This document shows, piece after piece, positions 1 to 7,359 of a DNA stretch of 46,646 bases. Origin of the DNA: a virus; IMG/VR virus record IMGVR_UViG_3300017446_000004, positions 1 to 46,646 of that record; one strand, written 5' to 3'. Every line of letters starts with the position of its first letter. Position 1 is the stretch's first letter. The notes below the pieces were generated by a model. It was not told where the DNA came from. It did not search any database and worked only from the letters and a program-made list of their open reading frames with translations. Made by a program: the position numbers and the translations under genes.

Positions 1-123
1 ACGCGGTCGCCGAGGGCCTGTTCACGATCAAGGAGCACGACGGCCGGCTGATCGTGTGGCTGGATGACGTGGTGATCCCCGATCGCGGATGGTTCGGGTT
101 CACCAAGCAAGGCGAGTTGCGCT
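1..123. repeat. Terminal overlap copy 1, identical to 46524-46646 (circular closure or terminal redundancy of the contig)
   Basis: Read directly. The window begins acgcggtcgccgagggcctgttcacgatcaagg. The same string restarts at 46524 and runs to the last base. Confidence 0.95.
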
Positions 124-1727
124 ACATCGGCGCGAACTCGGGCCTATCGGGCGAGGCGCTGCCGCCAAACAAGTTCCTGACCATCCGCACGGGCGGCACG
201 CATGACTTTGCGTTCTACGGCATGGGGCTGGCGCATTGGTGCTATTGGCCCATTTTCTTCAAGCGCTCGGCGCTGAAATTCTGGGCGCTGTACCTCGAAA
301 AGCTTGGCCAGCCGACCGTCGCGATCGGCTTTCCCGCCGCAGACAAAGACGACAAGAAGAAGCTCGCCAGCCTGTTGACCACCGCCCAGGCGATCGGCAA
401 GGACTCGGCCGTTCTCGTTCCCGAGGCGTACCTTGCCGAGGAAAAGGTCAAGATTTTCGAGAGCCAGCGCAGCGGGAACAACGTCTCCGGCTACAAAGAT
501 TTCGTCGCCGAGAATAACGAGGCCATCATGCGCGTGGTTCTCGGTCAGCCGGGCACGTCCAAGGGCGTGAGCAGCGGGCTCAACAGCAATCAGGCCAGCG
601 AACACGCGGGGGTCAAGGAGGAAATCGTCAAGGCCGACTCTGACCTGATCACGGACGCGTTTGGCTCAACCTTCGGTGCGTGGATCACGCGATGGAACCA
701 CGGCGAGGACGTAAAGCCCCCGATCGTCCGCCGCATCCTCAAGGCTGGCGAGGATCTCAACGCGGTCGCCGAGCGCGACAGCAAGCTCGACGCCATCGGC
801 ATCCGTCGCAGCGAGGACAGCGTCAAGGCGACCTATGGCGACGGGTACGAGGTTGATCGCGTGTCGGCATCCGAACAGGCCGCGCAGGACAACGCGCTCG
901 CGCTGGCCAAGGCTGCGGCGACGCCGGCAGCGGGTGGCGGGAACGTCGCCGACATCGCGGCGCAGCGTCAAAAGCGGATTGCCGAGTTTGCGGCCCAGGG
1001 CGGCAGTTCTGTTTCGCCGCTGTACGTGTATCGTCCGGTCGCGCCGAAGACCGCGGACAAACTGGTCGCGTTCGCCAAGTCGATCGGCATAACCTCACCG
1101 CTCGCCGCGTCTGACATGCACGTTACCGAGCTATACTCAAAAACGGCCGTGGATTGGTTCGCGATGGCCGGCGAGGGATGGGACAGCGACACGTTGCAAG
1201 TCCAGGCGGGCGGGCCGCGGTTCGTGGAGCGGTTCGGCGACGCGATCGTCCTGCGGTTCGATTCGCCGACCCTGCGCTATCGTCATGCTTCCATGCGCGA
1301 GCGCGGCGCGTCATCCGATCACGATACCTACAATCCGCACGTGACGCTTGGCTACGGCTACCCGGATCTTGACCTTTCCAAGGTCGAGCCGTTCGGCGAG
1401 GAACTCACCTTCGGCCCCGAGATATTCGAGGCGATCAAGCCCGAGGGGTTCGATCCCGCAACGCTCGATTTCACCGCCGAGGACGAGGCCGCGATCGAGC
1501 GCCTCATTGCGGCGTCGGTCAGCAAGGCGTCTCCGCTGTTCGAGGCTATCGGCAACGCCATGCGCGATTCGCTGCAGGGCGTGACAACCGTTGAGGGCGC
1601 GCGCGTTGCCATCCTCTCCGCGGTCGAGCAATTCGACCCCACTGACCTCGCGAAGGCTTTGGCCCTCCCGTTGCTTGCCGAGCGCGCCGCGGCATCTGTC
1701 GGCGCTGATGACGAGGTGGACGCATGA
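3..1727 (+). CDS. Portal protein, DUF935 / Mu gp29-like, C-terminal part. It continues the ORF that starts at 46073; the joined product is about 725 aa.
   Basis: The frame is open from base 3 (AVAEGLFTIKEHDG...), in phase with 46073..46646 through the 123-bp overlap. DUF935-like stretch: FAFYGMGLAHWCYWPIFFKRSALKFWALYLEKLGQPTVAIGFP...AIMRVVLGQ. It lies directly downstream of the large terminase. Confidence 0.9.
   Translation, partial: AVAEGLFTIKEHDGRLIVWLDDVVIPDRGWFGFTKQGELRYIGANSGLSGEALPPNKFLTIRTGGTHDFAFYGMGLAHWCYWPIFFKRSALKFWALYLEKLGQPTVAIGFPAADKDDKKKLASLLTTAQAIGKDSAVLVPEAYLAEEKVKIFESQRSGNNVSGYKDFVAENNEAIMRVVLGQPGTSKGVSSGLNSNQASEHAGVKEEIVKADSDLITDAFGSTFGAWITRWNHGEDVKPPIVRRILKAGEDLNAVAERDSKLDAIGIRRSEDSVKATYGDGYEVDRVSASEQAAQDNALALAKAAATPAAGGGNVADIAAQRQKRIAEFAAQGGSSVSPLYVYRPVAPKTADKLVAFAKSIGITSPLAASDMHVTELYSKTAVDWFAMAGEGWDSDTLQVQAGGPRFVERFGDAIVLRFDSPTLRYRHASMRERGASSDHDTYNPHVTLGYGYPDLDLSKVEPFGEELTFGPEIFEAIKPEGFDPATLDFTAEDEAAIERLIAASVSKASPLFEAIGNAMRDSLQGVTTVEGARVAILSAVEQFDPTDLAKALALPLLAERAAASVGADDEVDA
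1014..1455 (+). other. 2H phosphoesterase-like (LigT / cyclic phosphodiesterase / Acb1-type) domain embedded in the portal ORF
   Basis: Two H-x-T motifs lie 73 codons apart: MHVTE (His codon 1119-1121) and PHVTLGY (His codon 1338-1340). They follow a strand-like LYVYRPV and an Ala-rich linker. Confidence 0.6.
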
Positions 1728-1855
1728 ACTCGAAACCGCACACCGGCCGCGCGACATTCTGGCGCGCGCTCGTTCTGACCTACGGCGCTACTGCGATCGT
1801 GGTGGTCGTCATAATGACCGGCGCGGCCGACGCGCTGTTGCGCGCCCTCGGATGA
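1724..1855 (+). CDS. 43-aa membrane micro-protein (MNSKPHTGRATFWRALVLTYGATAIVVVVIMTGAADALLRALG)
   Basis: ATGA overlap with the portal stop, one hydrophobic helix and high GC3. It is below the ORF-track length cutoff. Confidence 0.6.
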   Translation: MNSKPHTGRATFWRALVLTYGATAIVVVVIMTGAADALLRALG

Positions 1856-2040
1856 CCGCGCGGGTCCAGGGCGGCGCGCGCGGCATCCTCGCCGCGATCG
1901 CCTCGGGCCGTCTTGACGAACTGGACGCGCGCTTGCCCGAAGATCGCGACCTCCCACCGATGTCGGGCAGCGACCGCCGCGCCGTGATCCGCCGCGATCG
2001 CCTGCGAATGAGAAAGCTGGCGCACCGATCCCCGGTCTGA
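1852..2040 (+). CDS. 62-aa hypothetical protein
   Basis: ATGA overlap with the preceding ORF. High GC3 in this frame (the in-frame tail of track ORF 1591..2040). Confidence 0.55.
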   Translation: MTARVQGGARGILAAIASGRLDELDARLPEDRDLPPMSGSDRRAVIRRDRLRMRKLAHRSPV

Positions 2041-2097
2041 TATCAAATCCCCGGTCGGGTTTTCCCTCTCCTGGGCTCGGCTCGTTGATACTACCCT

Positions 2098-2133
2098 TGG
2101 CCCGCTTGCTGCAACAGGCGGGCCATTTCTTTG
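2098..2133 (+). terminator. Rho-independent terminator-like hairpin
   Basis: 8-bp stem tggcccgc/gcgggcca with a 12-nt loop, followed by tttctttg. Confidence 0.5.
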
Positions 2134-2159
2134 CCCCCCGTGTTCGCGTATTAGGGCGC

Positions 2160-2399
2160 ATGGACAAAGAGAACCTCCGCATCATCACCGCCGAGCCGGT
2201 CGGTCAGAACGTCGTTGAGCGGCTTGAGGAAGTGCTCGAACGGGCGCGCAAGGGCGAGGTGTCGTCGGTCGCGATTGCCTACGTTGACCGCGACGGCATT
2301 TGCACGACGGGTTGGTCTAAACCGCCGTCTATGGGGCTGCTCGTCGGCGCAACCTCGGCACTGCTCGACAAGCTGCATCGGTCATGGAGCGGATCGTGA
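2160..2399 (+). CDS. 79-aa hypothetical protein (MDKENLRIITAEPVGQNVVERLEEV...)
   Basis: Internal ATG of track ORF 2085..2399, chosen because it lies after the terminator hairpin. Its end overlaps the next gene's start. Confidence 0.6.
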   Translation: MDKENLRIITAEPVGQNVVERLEEVLERARKGEVSSVAIAYVDRDGICTTGWSKPPSMGLLVGATSALLDKLHRSWSGS

Positions 2400-3256
2400 G
2401 ATTTGACGCCACCCCGCCAATCCGCCGCAAGCTGCAACCGCTGCAGATCAGTGCGCCCGATATCCTCGATTGGCTGCTCGCCAAAGATCCTACCGCGATC
2501 GGGTCTTATCTCGACATGGGCCCCGAGGAATATGCGCGCGCGTTCACCGCGGCGCAGACGGCCGGCACGGACATCGCCGATGACCTCTATTTCGCGATGG
2601 TGGACACGGTTGCTCAGGGCGGCACCGCGGCCGACTTTGCCGGGCTGGTCGTGCCGACGCTCAAGCGCAAAGGGTGGCTCGGCGGCGATCAAGGGGCGAT
2701 CGCCAGCCGCGTGCAACTGATCTACGCCACGAACCTGCAGCAAGCGCGCCGCGCCGGCCGTTGGGAGAGCTACCAGAAATCAAAGGCGCTTCTGCCCTAT
2801 CTGCGCGCGTTCACGGTCGGCGACGAGCGCGTCCGCCGCCCCCCAAAGTCGGCGCACGATCACACCGCTTGGGATGGCATCATCCTGCCAATCGATCATT
2901 GGTTTTGGGGGATCTACGGAACGGGCGGGTTCGATTTCCGCTGTCGCTGCGATACCGTCCAGATGAGCCGCTCGGAACTTGCGCGCTACCGCGGCGGCGT
3001 CACCTCCGACGACGACCTCGAGCACCGGATCAAGCGGATCGGCCCGCCGCGCTTCCTCGGTCCAGGCGCGTCGTTGCAGGAAAATCTTGCCGCGATGGTC
3101 GAGCCCTCGAACACCGCACCCGATCGAATGCCCGGCCTCCCTCCCGTCGATTCGCGCCGCACCGAAATGGATGGGCGCAATTTCTGGGGCACGGTGATAG
3201 CGGCACAATCTCAGGAGGACCTCGGACGCCGCCTTGCGGCCAACGGGTTCCGATAG
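2384..3256 (+). CDS. Head morphogenesis protein, phage Mu F-like / SPP1 gp7 family
   Basis: EYARAFTAAQTAGTDIADDL...YATNLQQARRAGRWESYQ...LPYLRAFTVGDERVRRPPKSAHDHTAWDGIILP...FRCRC matches the Mu F family pattern. Portal-proximal position. Confidence 0.85.
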   Translation: MERIVRFDATPPIRRKLQPLQISAPDILDWLLAKDPTAIGSYLDMGPEEYARAFTAAQTAGTDIADDLYFAMVDTVAQGGTAADFAGLVVPTLKRKGWLGGDQGAIASRVQLIYATNLQQARRAGRWESYQKSKALLPYLRAFTVGDERVRRPPKSAHDHTAWDGIILPIDHWFWGIYGTGGFDFRCRCDTVQMSRSELARYRGGVTSDDDLEHRIKRIGPPRFLGPGASLQENLAAMVEPSNTAPDRMPGLPPVDSRRTEMDGRNFWGTVIAAQSQEDLGRRLAANGFR

Positions 3257-3284
3257 AACGACGACCACCACGAAAGGGACTGCA

Positions 3285-4883
3285 ATGCTCAAACGACTTA
3301 TGATCGGGCTCGCGCTTCTATGCGCAGCCACGGGGCCCGCGCTCGCGCAGGACAAGGCGACACTCGACACGCGCGAATTGCTCGCGGCCTCCACTCAACC
3401 GGACGCGGCGATCGCCACCGACTATCGGTCGGGCGCATACGACGATCAGCCAACCTTTGTTCGCGTGCTCAAGGCTTACAAGCGCGTCACGGCCCCGCCG
3501 ATCCCGGTTCGTAAGCCGGTCGGAATGAACCTGTCGGGCTTGTCGTGGTATTCGTCGCGCCAGACGTTCGCGAACCTATTGCAGGGCGGGCAATGGAATA
3601 TCGATTGGAAGGTCATCCCGTCCGACCAACTCGACGCGCTCGGCTATCCGAAGACGTGGCCAGCAACCGGCGAGGTAAAGCGCCTGCTCGGCGCGCCAAC
3701 GGGCGGTTGGGTACGGCAAACAAGCGTGGCCTGTACCTGGGCGGGCTCGGGCGGCGTGAACTATTCGGGTGGCCTCAACGTCGTGAAGGGCGACCATAAG
3801 ATCGCGTTCGACATGCCGTCATGGAACGGCGCGGTCAAAAATACGTGGTTCGGGATTTACGGCGTCAACAACGCCGATCCGTTCCGGGATTTTGAGTGCC
3901 ACGACGCCAACCCGGCGAACGCAACGGGTAATGAGTTCTCCAAGGAGATCATCGCCAGCGCCAGCAAATATCCAGTGCTGCGGTTCATGGATTGGTCGGC
4001 GACCAACTCGAGCCCAGCGATCACCGAAGCCAACCGGCCAAACCCGCGCACGCTCGACAATCCAGGCATGGCGCTTGAGAATCAGATCCGCCTTGCAACG
4101 CTGGCCAATGCGGATTCGTGGATCAACCTGTCATGGAAGGCCGACGCGTCGTATATTCGTTGGGCCGCAAAGCAGGCGCATGACACGATCGCGCCTGGGC
4201 ACAAGGCATACGTCGAGTTGAGCAACGAGGTCTGGAACTATCAATTTTGGCAGGCGCAGGATAACCTTGCCGAAGCCGTCGCGCTCAATATCGACCCGAG
4301 CAACAAATATTATGGCGCGGCCAAAAACTATTCCCGCCGCGCGATCGAGGTTTTTAAGGTCTGGGAAGAGGTCTTCGCCGACCGGCCGGGCGATCTCGTT
4401 CGGGTGCTCGGCACACAGTCGGCAAACTCGGAAATCACCCGGCAGGAAATGAACTATCCGGGGATTGCCGACCATATCGACGCGATCGCGGGGGCCCCGT
4501 ATTTCAACCACGATTACAGCGTCCAGTGGACGCCGGAACTCCTGCGCGCCGGGATCGACAAGACCGTCGCACAGCAAAAGGCAACGTGCGATATCGTGCG
4601 CGTCAAAAAGCCGAAAGCGCTTTGCTACACGTACGAAGCCGGACAACACGAATTGGTAACGGGCGCAATGACCTATGACCAACTTGTCAGCCTCCAGCGA
4701 AGCCCGCTTATGGGCGAACTGTACGGCGAATATCTGACCAAGCTCGCCGCAGTCACGGATCTGACCATGCTGTTCAACGACGTGGACCCGATCACGAAAT
4801 ACGGCGCTTGGGGCCATGCCGAATACGGCGGCCAGACCGACGCGCCGAAGCAAATGGCGGTTGACCGCTACATGGCGCAGTAA
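3285..4883 (+). CDS. Sec-exported glycoside hydrolase-like protein (clan GH-A TIM-barrel type)
   Basis: SD gaaaggga precedes the ATG at 3285. Signal peptide MLKRLMIGLALLCAATGPALA/QD. PVLRFMDWSATN and YVELSNEVWN (Asn-Glu at 4224-4229) resemble the acid/base strand of clan GH-A enzymes. Confidence 0.6.
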   Translation: MLKRLMIGLALLCAATGPALAQDKATLDTRELLAASTQPDAAIATDYRSGAYDDQPTFVRVLKAYKRVTAPPIPVRKPVGMNLSGLSWYSSRQTFANLLQGGQWNIDWKVIPSDQLDALGYPKTWPATGEVKRLLGAPTGGWVRQTSVACTWAGSGGVNYSGGLNVVKGDHKIAFDMPSWNGAVKNTWFGIYGVNNADPFRDFECHDANPANATGNEFSKEIIASASKYPVLRFMDWSATNSSPAITEANRPNPRTLDNPGMALENQIRLATLANADSWINLSWKADASYIRWAAKQAHDTIAPGHKAYVELSNEVWNYQFWQAQDNLAEAVALNIDPSNKYYGAAKNYSRRAIEVFKVWEEVFADRPGDLVRVLGTQSANSEITRQEMNYPGIADHIDAIAGAPYFNHDYSVQWTPELLRAGIDKTVAQQKATCDIVRVKKPKALCYTYEAGQHELVTGAMTYDQLVSLQRSPLMGELYGEYLTKLAAVTDLTMLFNDVDPITKYGAWGHAEYGGQTDAPKQMAVDRYMAQ

Positions 4884-4902
4884 GCGCCCGGCGACGCGAC
4901 GC

Positions 4903-4941
4903 GCCGCGGTTAAGGTGGGCATTTCTCACCTTAACCGCGGC
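4903..4941. terminator. Bidirectional terminator hairpin between convergent genes
   Basis: Perfect 15-bp stem gccgcggttaaggtg / caccttaaccgcggc with a 9-nt loop, and a T-rich tract downstream on the + strand. Confidence 0.7.
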
Positions 4942-5299
4942 CGTTGCGCATTTCCTTTTCAGTCAGCACCCGACCAGCCCCAGGCGGCGGCGGGAAGCGC
5001 GGGACATAGCGGGTCATCCCGCCCGGCGCGCGACACGACCAGCAATTCAGAACGTCGGGCGCGGAGTTGAGAATTTCCTCACGCGCGCCGCATGGGCAGG
5101 CGAGGCACACCGTATGTCCCTTCGGATTGGAAGGGACCTCAACCGCCGTGATTGGCGCGGGCGCATATAGCTTCTGTATATTATCAGGCGCGATTGCAGA
5201 TTTGCGCTTGCGCGGGGGCGGCGCGGCCGAGGGCAGTGCGTCGCCGAATAGATCAGCCACGGCCCCCGCACCAGCCTCCACACTCACTGTCGGCGGCAT
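4931..5299 (-). CDS. Zinc-ribbon-like small protein (start uncertain: ATG 5299 or GTG 5260)
   Basis: HTVCLACPCG...(17 aa)...NCWSCRAPG gives CxxC...CxxC. There is a basic PPPRKRKS patch. It is the last gene of the minus-strand cassette. Confidence 0.55.
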   Translation of the reverse strand: MPPTVSVEAGAGAVADLFGDALPSAAPPPRKRKSAIAPDNIQKLYAPAPITAVEVPSNPKGHTVCLACPCGAREEILNSAPDVLNCWSCRAPGGMTRYVPRFPPPPGAGRVLTEKEMRNGRG

Positions 5300-6104
5300 C
5301 GTCTTCCACGTCGCTCATAGGCAGAACTGGATTGTTTTCGACATGATCCCGCAAGTCCGCAACGCTCATATAGCCGAATGAAAAACGACGCTCAGCCTCA
5401 TGGCGGGCCCACCAGTCTAACCCCTCGGGGTTGACCCGAGCGCGAGCAATGCGGCTTTTCTCGCTGACAAACGGGCAATGATCACAATTCCCGGTTCCTC
5501 TAGGCAGCATCAAATCAAAAGGCTGTTGCGTCCAGTATTTCAAAACGTCCTGCTTACGCACACCAGCAGATGCCAACGGAAAACCGAACCTCCGCCCTTC
5601 ATTTAATGCCTTTCTAGGCATTTCATAAACGCGATCATATTCGTCGGCTCTGAAACCAATTGTTTCCTGATAATCCCCTGACGAAAATCCTAGCGTTTCC
5701 ATAAAATCATGCATGACGCCGACTTTACAATGTTGCGTGCACCACCTCCCGCGAAGGGTAGAGAACAACGATTGTTTGCGTTCTATGAGCCTAGACAATG
5801 GCTCTCCATTTCGGCTTGCGCTGTTGTATCCGACTTCCTCAAATCGGCCTGCCGCGCCGACACGACGTAAGTCGGTGACAAACTCGAGCCAACGAACTCG
5901 AACGCCCCAACGGGTCGCGCATTCGTGAACGAAGCGGAGCGTTTCCTCGCGCTCCTTACCCGTGTTCGCAAAACAGACGTGTACGTCGTCGGGCAGCGTG
6001 CCCCCGTGCGCGTCAAGGGTCTGTTTGAGCATATACGCCGACGTTCGCCCTCCCGAAAACGAGATGAGCGCAGGGCCTTCGATGAAATAGGGATTGCCTG
6101 CCAC
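5253..6104 (-). CDS. PAPS reductase / PP-loop ATP-pyrophosphatase family protein
   Basis: PP-loop ISFSGGRTS near the N-terminus. C-terminal Cys motif TGNCDHCPF and terminal CGGWCGG. GTG start at 6104. The gene is conspicuously AT-richer than the rest of the genome. Confidence 0.8.
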   Translation of the reverse strand: MAGNPYFIEGPALISFSGGRTSAYMLKQTLDAHGGTLPDDVHVCFANTGKEREETLRFVHECATRWGVRVRWLEFVTDLRRVGAAGRFEEVGYNSASRNGEPLSRLIERKQSLFSTLRGRWCTQHCKVGVMHDFMETLGFSSGDYQETIGFRADEYDRVYEMPRKALNEGRRFGFPLASAGVRKQDVLKYWTQQPFDLMLPRGTGNCDHCPFVSEKSRIARARVNPEGLDWWARHEAERRFSFGYMSVADLRDHVENNPVLPMSDVEDDAADSECGGWCGGRG

Positions 6105-6106
6105 GA

Positions 6107-6205
6107 TCAGCCCTCGCTCTCAGGCCATATGGTTTCAGCCCAGGCGATCGCCCAGACCGCCGCGCCGAGCAGCGCGACGACGGCCACAGCGCCAATCCAG
6201 ATCAT
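6107..6205 (-). CDS. 32-aa membrane micro-protein (MIWIGAVAVVALLGAAVWAIAWAETIWPESEG)
   Basis: ATGA overlap with the upstream gene and a single hydrophobic helix. Translated by hand; below the track cutoff. Confidence 0.55.
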   Translation of the reverse strand: MIWIGAVAVVALLGAAVWAIAWAETIWPESEG

Positions 6206-6363
6206 TGGTATTCGGTCGCGAGCAGGATCAGGATGGCGACGCCAGCAGCCGCGAGGGCCAAGAGGCTCAAGACCATCTGGCCGAAGCGACCAAGCACAAA
6301 ACGGCGATCGATCCAGAAAACGACAGCGATCGCGACGGCGCAGAGAATGAAGGCAAGAAGCAT
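6202..6363 (-). CDS. 53-aa two-helix membrane protein (MLLAFILCAVAIAVVFWIDRRFVLGRFGQMVLSLLALAAAGVAILILLATEYQ)
   Basis: SD aagga precedes the ATG at 6363. Two hydrophobic helices. Translated by hand. Confidence 0.6.
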   Translation of the reverse strand: MLLAFILCAVAIAVVFWIDRRFVLGRFGQMVLSLLALAAAGVAILILLATEYQ

Positions 6364-6384
6364 GGGGGCGGTTCCTTGTGTCGT

Positions 6385-6534
6385 TTAGCGCAGGAGATTG
6401 CGCAGGAGGCGGCAGGCGTCGTTGCTGATCACCTCGGCAAGCCGCTTGATCGCCTCGCGTTCCTCGGCGGTCTGCGCAACGCTTTGCGTCTGGCGGATCG
6501 CCTCGCGGATCTGATCCTCGGGCGTGCGGATCAT
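6385..6534 (-). CDS. 49-aa hypothetical protein (MIRTPEDQIREAIRQTQSVAQTAEEREAIKRLAEV...)
   Basis: ATGA overlap with the stop of the upstream gene at 6531-6534. It is the in-frame tail of track ORF 6385..6780. Confidence 0.55.
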   Translation of the reverse strand: MIRTPEDQIREAIRQTQSVAQTAEEREAIKRLAEVISNDACRLLRNLLR

Positions 6535-6701
6535 CGGAACACCAGCCCGAGCGCGACGCACGCGCCGAACGCGGCGAGGGGGATGGCCAGCCCGAGGGAG
6601 AACGCTACGGCGACCACCTTGACCGGAGCGGCGAGGATCACGCCGAGCGGCGTTCTGCGCTCGGTCGTGACGGGCGGGCGGTTTCGATAATCCCGGTTCA
6701 C
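6531..6701 (-). CDS. 56-aa membrane protein (…LGVILAAPVKVVAVAFSLGLAIPLAAFGACVALGLVFR)
   Basis: GTGA overlap (GTG 6701-6699, upstream stop 6700-6698). The C-terminal half is hydrophobic. Confidence 0.5.
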   Translation of the reverse strand: MNRDYRNRPPVTTERRTPLGVILAAPVKVVAVAFSLGLAIPLAAFGACVALGLVFR

Positions 6702-6976
6702 AACGCGCGCTGCCGAAAATAGAGCGAGCACGCCAGCTTGAGGCCATCCGCGTTCGGGCCCTTGTAGGCGATGATCGCATCCGCCGCGGTCTGGTCGTCG
6801 CGGGTCAGCGTGTAGCGGTACGCGATCCGGCAAACGTTCGTCCCACTCATTTCGACGAACACGCGGTCGCGCTCGGTCTGGGCAGTGCTGACGAGCGTCG
6901 CATAATTGGCGATCGCGGCGTCAAGGTCGGGCATCGGGGCGGCTGCGCTGGCGAGCGCGAGGGCGGCGAGGATCAT
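6698..6976 (-). CDS. 92-aa exported protein
   Basis: N-terminal signal-like MILAALALASAAAP. ATGA overlap with the upstream gene. Confidence 0.65.
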   Translation of the reverse strand: MILAALALASAAAPMPDLDAAIANYATLVSTAQTERDRVFVEMSGTNVCRIAYRYTLTRDDQTAADAIIAYKGPNADGLKLACSLYFRQRAL

Positions 6977-7149
6977 CGTTTAGCCTTTCTCGGGTTGAGG
7001 TCGATTTCGTGGGGTGCGCCCTTGGCGTCGGCGCGGGCGGCTTCCTGGGCGGCGGCGATCGACGGATGCGGCATGTTGCCCCACTGCCCCGCGCGCGACA
7101 GGTTGATCCGGTCGATCGCCGGGAATGTCTGGATCGTGTAGCGGATCAC
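6973..7149 (-). CDS. 58-aa hypothetical protein
   Basis: GTGA overlap with the upstream 51-aa ORF (GTG 7149-7147, stop 7148-7146). In frame with track ORF 6973..7185. Confidence 0.5.
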   Translation of the reverse strand: MIRYTIQTFPAIDRINLSRAGQWGNMPHPSIAAAQEAARADAKGAPHEIDLNPRKAKR

Positions 7150-7301
7150 TTGCCGACCTGCTCGAGCAATGCGGCGGTCTGGCACATGCCTGCGGCGATC
7201 GCGTGCTCGCGGCGGGCCTCGTCAACCATGCCCGCGCCGCGCAGGGCGTGCGCCCGGTTGCAGTGCTTGGCGGCGGCTTGGCGAAGTTGAAAGCTCGACA
7301 T
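7146..7301 (-). CDS. 51-aa hypothetical protein (MSSFQLRQAAAKHCNRAHALRGAGMVDEARREHAIAAGMCQTAALLEQVGK)
   Basis: SD gagg lies 6 nt upstream of the ATG at 7301. High GC3. Translated by hand. Confidence 0.55.
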   Translation of the reverse strand: MSSFQLRQAAAKHCNRAHALRGAGMVDEARREHAIAAGMCQTAALLEQVGK

Positions 7302-7359
7302 GGGGAACCTCGTTGCGTTTGTGGTGCAATCCGTATCGCACCAGGGAATTAAAGAAGCG

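Noticed and set aside
1-123. Mu-type transposon ends or att sites at the window termini
   Set aside because: The two copies are a direct, perfect continuation of one ORF (the portal), which is what a circular assembly overlap produces. No transposase, inverted terminal repeats or flanking host DNA is present.
2041-2159. tRNA or small RNA gene in the longer intergenic gaps (also 7630-7769, 33738-33823, 28568-28646)
   Set aside because: I could not fold a cloverleaf with acceptor and anticodon arms in any of them. The structures present are simple hairpins, better explained as terminators or operators.
6094-6690. 198-aa plus-strand ORF over the small-gene cassette, with 5925..6350 plus-strand
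   Set aside because: The minus strand here gives a self-consistent chain of SD-preceded or 4-nt-coupled small genes with hydrophobic helices. The plus-strand products are Arg/Pro-rich.
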